This document shows, one piece after another, positions 57,855-63,042 of a stretch of DNA of 63,042 bases. The position numbers and the translations under genes are program-made. Below the pieces are notes generated by a model that was not told the DNA's origin, did not search any database, and worked only from the letters and a program-made list of their open reading frames with translations. Within the stretch, counting starts at the first letter, position 1; each line of letters opens with the position of its first letter. Location of the stretch: IMG/VR virus record IMGVR_UViG_3300043410_000495, positions 1 through 63,042 of that record; one strand, written 5' to 3'. This DNA comes from a virus (Duplodnaviria > Caudoviricetes).

Positions 57855-60800
57855 ATGGCACTAGTATCTCCAGGTTTACAAATCACAGTAAGTGATGAAA
57901 GTCAGTACGTACCAGGCGCAGTAGGAACTGTCCCACTGGTTATATTGGCAACGGCGCAAAATAAATCAAATCCAAGCGGCTCATTGGCTGCTGATACAGC
58001 ACCAACACGTGCTGGAAAATTATTATCATATACAAGTCAGCGTGAATTAATCACCGCTTTAGGATATCCATCATTTAAACAAAGTGCTGCTGGCACTCCA
58101 TTACATGGAGATGAAAGAAATGAATATGGTCTAATGGCTGCTTATAGTGCATTAGGACAAGTTAACAAAATTTATGCAATTCGTGCAGATATCAACTTAG
58201 ATGAATTAGAAGGCACAAGTGTACGTCCAACTGGTTCAGTTTTTGATGGGACTTATTGGTTAGATTTAGCTGATTCTACTTGGGGTATTAATGAATGGGA
58301 TGCGGTAAATGGAGTATTTAATAATAAATCTCCCATCCTAGTTACCTCAACAGCAGACGTTACATTAACTTCTGGAGTTTACTTCCCAAAATCTAGCATT
58401 GGTACCATTGGTAGTTACGCAATTGTGTTTAATACTGGAAGCAACGCTTTAGTATTTTATAAAAATTCATCAAATATTTGGGTACGTGTGGGCACTGACG
58501 ATTGGAAAACAAGTTGGGCAACAATCAAGAGTACTGTTTCTGGTGCTACAATCGCTGCATCAACCCCAGCGGCACAAATTATAATAAACACAGTGCCAGT
58601 AACAATTGGTAGTACATCAGTTTCTAAGAGTTTAACTGATGTGGCAAACGCTATTAATGCTGCTACTATTGATGGGGTTACTGCTGGTGTTGTTAATAAC
58701 AGATTAGAAATTTATGCTAGTAGCATTGCAAAAAGTGATGGCTCTACAGAAAATGGAAAAATTGATATCAGTGACTCAGCACAAACACCTCTTACTACAC
58801 TAGGAATTACAACTGGAGTTTATGCTAATCCAGAAATGGTTTATGCAACTTTTGCTGGAGTTCCAAGTTGGCATAGTTTTGATACTGTCCCACGTCCAAG
58901 TGGCAGTGTCTATCTTAAATTAGGTGCTACTGGTTCTGGTGCTGATTTAGTAATTAAAAAATATAGTGCATCTACAGCAACTTTTGTAACACAAGGAGCA
59001 CAATTCTTTGCTTCTCCAGAAGCAGCATTGTATGGATTAGATTCTTCTGGAGGTGGTAATGGTATTACTGCTGGAACAGTTTGGGTGCTATATGATTCAT
59101 TGGCAGATAGTACTGGTGGATTTAAGCCATATGTTCGTCGTGTTACTGGAAAAACTTCTTTTAGTGGCACTGCACTAAGTGCAAATCCATTTACACCAAC
59201 TGACACTATTACAATTAGTGTGACAAGTATTGGATCAAGCGCATTAACTAGTTATACAGTTGAATTGTCTGGAACTACTCCAGCAAGTTTTGTTAGTGAC
59301 GTTCTTGCTGCAAATATTCCAGAACTAGATGTTAGTGTTAGTACGTCAAATGTAATTACATTTACCCACATTTATGGTGGTGATATTCACTTAGGTGATT
59401 CTTCTGGAAATCTTTCTGGTGCCGTTGCTGATGCTGGTTTTAGTGCAAGCACAACAAATGTAACCAAAGTATCAACAAATGATTTACTATTATCAAACTG
59501 GTCACCATTAACTTACACATTTAGTACTACAGAACCATACCAAGCACCAGCCGATGGTACACATTGGTATTATAGTGATCTTGCTACAGTAGACATTATG
59601 ATTAATGAAATTGGTGGATGGAAAGGTTACAAGAGTTCATACTATGATGGATCAAAAACTGATGCACGTGGATATGACTTATCGTTAACTGATCCAAATG
59701 GAGTTATTGTAAGTGCAAGTGAACCAACATTCCAAAGTGATGGTGTAACATCATTGGCTTATGGTGATTTATGGTTAGATAGTGGCGATACAGAAAACTA
59801 TCCTGCAATATATCGTTGGCAGTCAGTTAGTGGAACTGATATGTGGGTTATGATTGATAACACAGATCAAGTTGGGCAAAACGGTATCTTATTTGCTGAT
59901 GCACGTTGGGATACTGATGGCACTACTGATATTATTACTGGAAGTCTACCATCAATTGTTGACCTGTTATCTAGTGATTACCTTGATCAGGATGCGCCAG
60001 ATTATAGACTATATCCACGTGGTATGTTGTTATTCAACCTACGTCGCAGTGGGTACAATGTTAAGAAATATGTTGGCAACTATTTTACAAGTGCAGCATT
60101 CCCAGACCTACCAGCAGTTCCTGGTGCAGCAAGTTCCCTACCAGCAATTACTGCAGCTTGGGTTACAGCAAGTGGATTAAAAGATAATGGCAGTCCATAC
60201 ATGGGTCGCCAAGCACAACGTAAGATGATTACTGCGGCAATGCAAGGAGCAATTGCTGCTAACACAGATATACGTGAAGAACAGTTCCAATTTAATCTTA
60301 TCACAGCGCCTGGCTATCCAGAGTTGATTGATGAAATGGTTGCGTTGAATAATGATCGTGCTAATACTGCATTCATTATTGGTGATACACCAATGAGATT
60401 GGCACCAAATTCTGTTGATATTATTAACTGGAGTAACAATACAAATGGCGATGGATTAGCTACTGCTGATCCTTACCTAGCAGTTTATTATCCATGTGGT
60501 AAGTCAACAGATTTACAAGGAAACGAAATTGTTGTTCCATCAAGTCATATTGCATTGCGTACAATGATTCATAATGATAATGTTTCATATCAATGGTTTG
60601 CTCCAGCAGGAACACGTCGTGGATTAGTGGATAATGCAAGTAATATCGGATATATTGACGCAGCAACTGGCGAATTTGTATTCAATAGTATTCGTGTAGG
60701 TTTGCGTGATACTCTATATGAAAATAAGATTAACCCAATTACTAGTTTACCTGGCGTTGGTTTAGTTGTATGGGGTCAAAAAACACGCAACCCAACCGCA

Positions 60801-61130
60801 AGTGCTTTGGATCGTATTAACGTAGCACGTTTAGTAAACTATATTCGTACAATCTTAGCAAGTGTTGGCAATGGTTTCTTGTTTGAACCAAACGATACTA
60901 TTACTAGAAACCAGATCAAAAATATCATTTCAAGTGCTATTAATGATTTAGTTGCAAAACGTGGCATCTATGATTACCTAGTTATTTGTGACGAAAGTAA
61001 TAATACACCAGCACGTATTGCTCGTAATGAATTATGGGTTGACATAGCGATTGAGCCTATGAAGGCTGTAGAATTTATCTACATTCCAATTCGCTTGAAG
61101 AACCCAGGCGATATTAAAGCAGGAGTATAA
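57855..61130 (+). CDS. gp18: Tail sheath protein
   Basis: MALVSPG N-terminus; WFAPAGTRRG, LYENKINPI, WGQKT, ALDRINVARL, FLFEPND, AVEFIYIP. Confidence 0.95.
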   Translation: MALVSPGLQITVSDESQYVPGAVGTVPLVILATAQNKSNPSGSLAADTAPTRAGKLLSYTSQRELITALGYPSFKQSAAGTPLHGDERNEYGLMAAYSALGQVNKIYAIRADINLDELEGTSVRPTGSVFDGTYWLDLADSTWGINEWDAVNGVFNNKSPILVTSTADVTLTSGVYFPKSSIGTIGSYAIVFNTGSNALVFYKNSSNIWVRVGTDDWKTSWATIKSTVSGATIAASTPAAQIIINTVPVTIGSTSVSKSLTDVANAINAATIDGVTAGVVNNRLEIYASSIAKSDGSTENGKIDISDSAQTPLTTLGITTGVYANPEMVYATFAGVPSWHSFDTVPRPSGSVYLKLGATGSGADLVIKKYSASTATFVTQGAQFFASPEAALYGLDSSGGGNGITAGTVWVLYDSLADSTGGFKPYVRRVTGKTSFSGTALSANPFTPTDTITISVTSIGSSALTSYTVELSGTTPASFVSDVLAANIPELDVSVSTSNVITFTHIYGGDIHLGDSSGNLSGAVADAGFSASTTNVTKVSTNDLLLSNWSPLTYTFSTTEPYQAPADGTHWYYSDLATVDIMINEIGGWKGYKSSYYDGSKTDARGYDLSLTDPNGVIVSASEPTFQSDGVTSLAYGDLWLDSGDTENYPAIYRWQSVSGTDMWVMIDNTDQVGQNGILFADARWDTDGTTDIITGSLPSIVDLLSSDYLDQDAPDYRLYPRGMLLFNLRRSGYNVKKYVGNYFTSAAFPDLPAVPGAASSLPAITAAWVTASGLKDNGSPYMGRQAQRKMITAAMQGAIAANTDIREEQFQFNLITAPGYPELIDEMVALNNDRANTAFIIGDTPMRLAPNSVDIINWSNNTNGDGLATADPYLAVYYPCGKSTDLQGNEIVVPSSHIALRTMIHNDNVSYQWFAPAGTRRGLVDNASNIGYIDAATGEFVFNSIRVGLRDTLYENKINPITSLPGVGLVVWGQKTRNPTASALDRINVARLVNYIRTILASVGNGFLFEPNDTITRNQIKNIISSAINDLVAKRGIYDYLVICDESNNTPARIARNELWVDIAIEPMKAVEFIYIPIRLKNPGDIKAGV

Positions 61131-61137
61131 TATAGGT

Positions 61138-61166
61138 ATATAATGGGGTCTTTGGACTCCATTATA
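61138..61166 (+). other. Intergenic hairpin between sheath and tube genes
   Basis: TATAATGGGGTC-TTTG-GACTCCATTATA without a directly following U-tract; late box GGTAAATA at 61182-61189. Confidence 0.55.
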
Positions 61167-61208
61167 AACAATAAAATTTTTGGTAAATACCTATAACAGG
61201 AGAAAGAA

Positions 61209-61829
61209 ATGGCAATAGCCTCATTAACAAGATTTACAGTTCCTTTAGCAACTGATCAAAGTTCAAGCACTCAAGGTCTTTTAATGCCAAAATTAAAGTA
61301 TCGCTTTCGTGCGGTATTTGAAAATTTTGGCGTTAGCAGTGAAAAAACTGAATTAACAAAACAAGTTGCTGACATTAAGCGTCCAAATTTAAATTTCAAT
61401 CCATTTACAATTGATGTTTATAATAGTAAAGTTAACCTAGTTGGCAAACCAAGTTGGGAGACTATCACTGTTACTTTACGTGATGATGCTGGTGGTAATG
61501 TTAGTAAGTTAGTTGGTGAACAAATCCAGAAACAATTTGACTTTGCTGAACAGGCTAGTGCAAGTTCTGGTATTGATTATAAATTCGTGTTACGCTATGA
61601 AATGTTGGACGGTGGCAATGGAGCTAACCAACCTAACGTTCTAGAAACATGGGAAATATATGGAGCACTTTTAAGTCAAGTAGACTATGGTGATATGAGT
61701 TATAGTGATGGTAATGCACCAGCAACAATTACATTAACTGTTACTTACGATAACGCTATCCAAACTCCTGGCGGTACTGGAATTGGTACAGCAGTTGGTA
61801 GAACACTAGGTACAGTAGTCACTGGTTAA
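61209..61829 (+). CDS. gp19: Tail tube protein
   Basis: Follows sheath; PKLKYRFR, GKPSWETITVTLRDD, W.IYGA......YG.....I.LT..YD. Confidence 0.85.
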   Translation: MAIASLTRFTVPLATDQSSSTQGLLMPKLKYRFRAVFENFGVSSEKTELTKQVADIKRPNLNFNPFTIDVYNSKVNLVGKPSWETITVTLRDDAGGNVSKLVGEQIQKQFDFAEQASASSGIDYKFVLRYEMLDGGNGANQPNVLETWEIYGALLSQVDYGDMSYSDGNAPATITLTVTYDNAIQTPGGTGIGTAVGRTLGTVVTG

Positions 61830-61852
61830 TAGATAATCCAATGAAAAACTTT

Positions 61853-61883
61853 AATACCCGGCATAATAGTCGGGTATTTTTTT
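61853..61883 (+). terminator. Rho-independent terminator after tail tube gene
   Basis: AATACCCGGC-ATAATA-GTCGGGTATT-TTTTT. Confidence 0.85.
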
Positions 61884-61899
61884 ATGTATAAATAATTAC

Positions 61900-63042
61900 A
61901 TGAACCTATTTAACAACTTTCTGACTCAACTTGGCACTGGCGATCAGATCAAAGATTATAAACACGCCAGTAGATTGTTTGTTGATAACAATTATGCGCT
62001 AAGTCCAAAGTATGATTGGTTGTATCACGTATTTTTTGATGTAAATCCACAATTAAGTTATATCAGAAGTCGTGAAATGCTTACAGAAACTGGTATGTTA
62101 GTCAAAGCAATTGACTTGCCAAAATATTCAGTAGAATCTAAAACATTCAATAATTATAATAGACCAAATATAGTACAATCAAAAATCAAATATGATAACA
62201 TACAAGTAACATTTCATGATGATCAATCAAATGTTGTCAGAAATTTTTGGTATGATTACTATAATTATTACTACAGAGATTCAGACATTGGTATTACCAG
62301 TGGTGCAGGAGACGTAAATCCTACTTATTTTGCAAAAAACAAATATAACAGTGGTGATAGAACTCAACTAAACAAATTTGGTTATTCTCCACGAAGCACT
62401 GATAGTAACTATGGAAACCAATATATTAATTCAATTAGAATTTATAGTTTACATCAAAAGAATTTTACAGAATACATCTTAGTAAATCCAAAAATTGTAG
62501 GGTTTTCACATGGAAGTCATAATGCTGGTAATAATGGCATCTTAGAACACTCTATGACTATTTCATATGAAACTGTTTTATATTGTAGTGGGTATGTAAC
62601 AGCAAGTACTGTTAAAGGATTTGCCGATCTTCATTATGATAAATCACCTAGCCCATTAACTGCGGCGGGTGGGGGAACCAATAGTATTATGGGTCCTGGT
62701 GGTATTGTTTCTGCAATTGATGGTTTCGTTCATGACCCAATAAAAGGCGCTTTTGGATTAGCAAGAGTTTATCAAAAAAATAAAAATGTTAATCTAGGTC
62801 AAATCGCAAAAGCAGAAGCATTAACTGCATTTAAAGATTTCTTAAACGGACAAGACCCACGTAATAGATTTTTTGTACCAACAGGTACATCTAGATTTAA
62901 TACTGCTGGTGGTGAAGGTGGAACAGTGGAAGCAAGATTTTATCCTTCGGCAGGACAAGTTGCTGGAGGTAGTGCAACAAGCAATGGTTCATCTGTAATA
63001 GCAGGTGCCACAGCAGCCGCTTCTGGTGTGAATATCACAGGA
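61900..63042 (+). CDS. Tail-tube-fold baseplate/tube initiator-like protein (partial)
   Basis: Not in the ORF track (no stop in window); MNLFNNFL...LVKAIDLPKYSV....NNYNR...QSKIKYDNIQVTFHDD...W..YY; TATAAATA at 61887-61894. Confidence 0.6.
   Translation, partial: MNLFNNFLTQLGTGDQIKDYKHASRLFVDNNYALSPKYDWLYHVFFDVNPQLSYIRSREMLTETGMLVKAIDLPKYSVESKTFNNYNRPNIVQSKIKYDNIQVTFHDDQSNVVRNFWYDYYNYYYRDSDIGITSGAGDVNPTYFAKNKYNSGDRTQLNKFGYSPRSTDSNYGNQYINSIRIYSLHQKNFTEYILVNPKIVGFSHGSHNAGNNGILEHSMTISYETVLYCSGYVTASTVKGFADLHYDKSPSPLTAAGGGTNSIMGPGGIVSAIDGFVHDPIKGAFGLARVYQKNKNVNLGQIAKAEALTAFKDFLNGQDPRNRFFVPTGTSRFNTAGGEGGTVEARFYPSAGQVAGGSATSNGSSVIAGATAAASGVNITG

Noticed and set aside
1-63042. Stop-codon reassignment, as in some large phages
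   Set aside because: Genes are full length and densely packed under code 11; TAA, TAG (gp15) and TGA (36416, 40615) all act as stops
1-63042. tRNA genes, introns or inteins
   Set aside because: Intergenic gaps are short and explained by promoters and terminators; no cloverleaf seen; core genes are uninterrupted and lack intein motifs

Overview
AT-rich segment of a large, distantly T4-related myovirus genome: the virion morphogenesis region. Order: partial gp26-like baseplate hub (minus), tape-measure-like protein, head module (gp20 portal, core proteins, gp21 protease, gp22 scaffold, gp23 major capsid), then about 40 kb of modular fibre, adhesin and adaptor genes. These carry glycine-rich tips, two kinds of intramolecular chaperone domain and duplicated cassettes. 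The window ends with an inverted neck block (gp15, gp14, gp13), dNMP kinase, gp18 sheath, gp19 tube and a partial tube-like gene. Transcription signals are clear: many T4-late-type NNTAAATA boxes, three sigma70-type promoters and UUCG-type terminators. The most unusual element is a tightly coupled late operon (34040-43630) inside the fibre region. It joins fibre and beta-propeller genes to a U32-family Fe-S protein fused to a SAM methyltransferase, a 2OG-Fe(II) oxygenase, a CPFH-tailed protein, a DUF401-like inner-membrane transporter and an outer-membrane beta-barrel. All family calls come from motif recognition by eye; no database searches were run.
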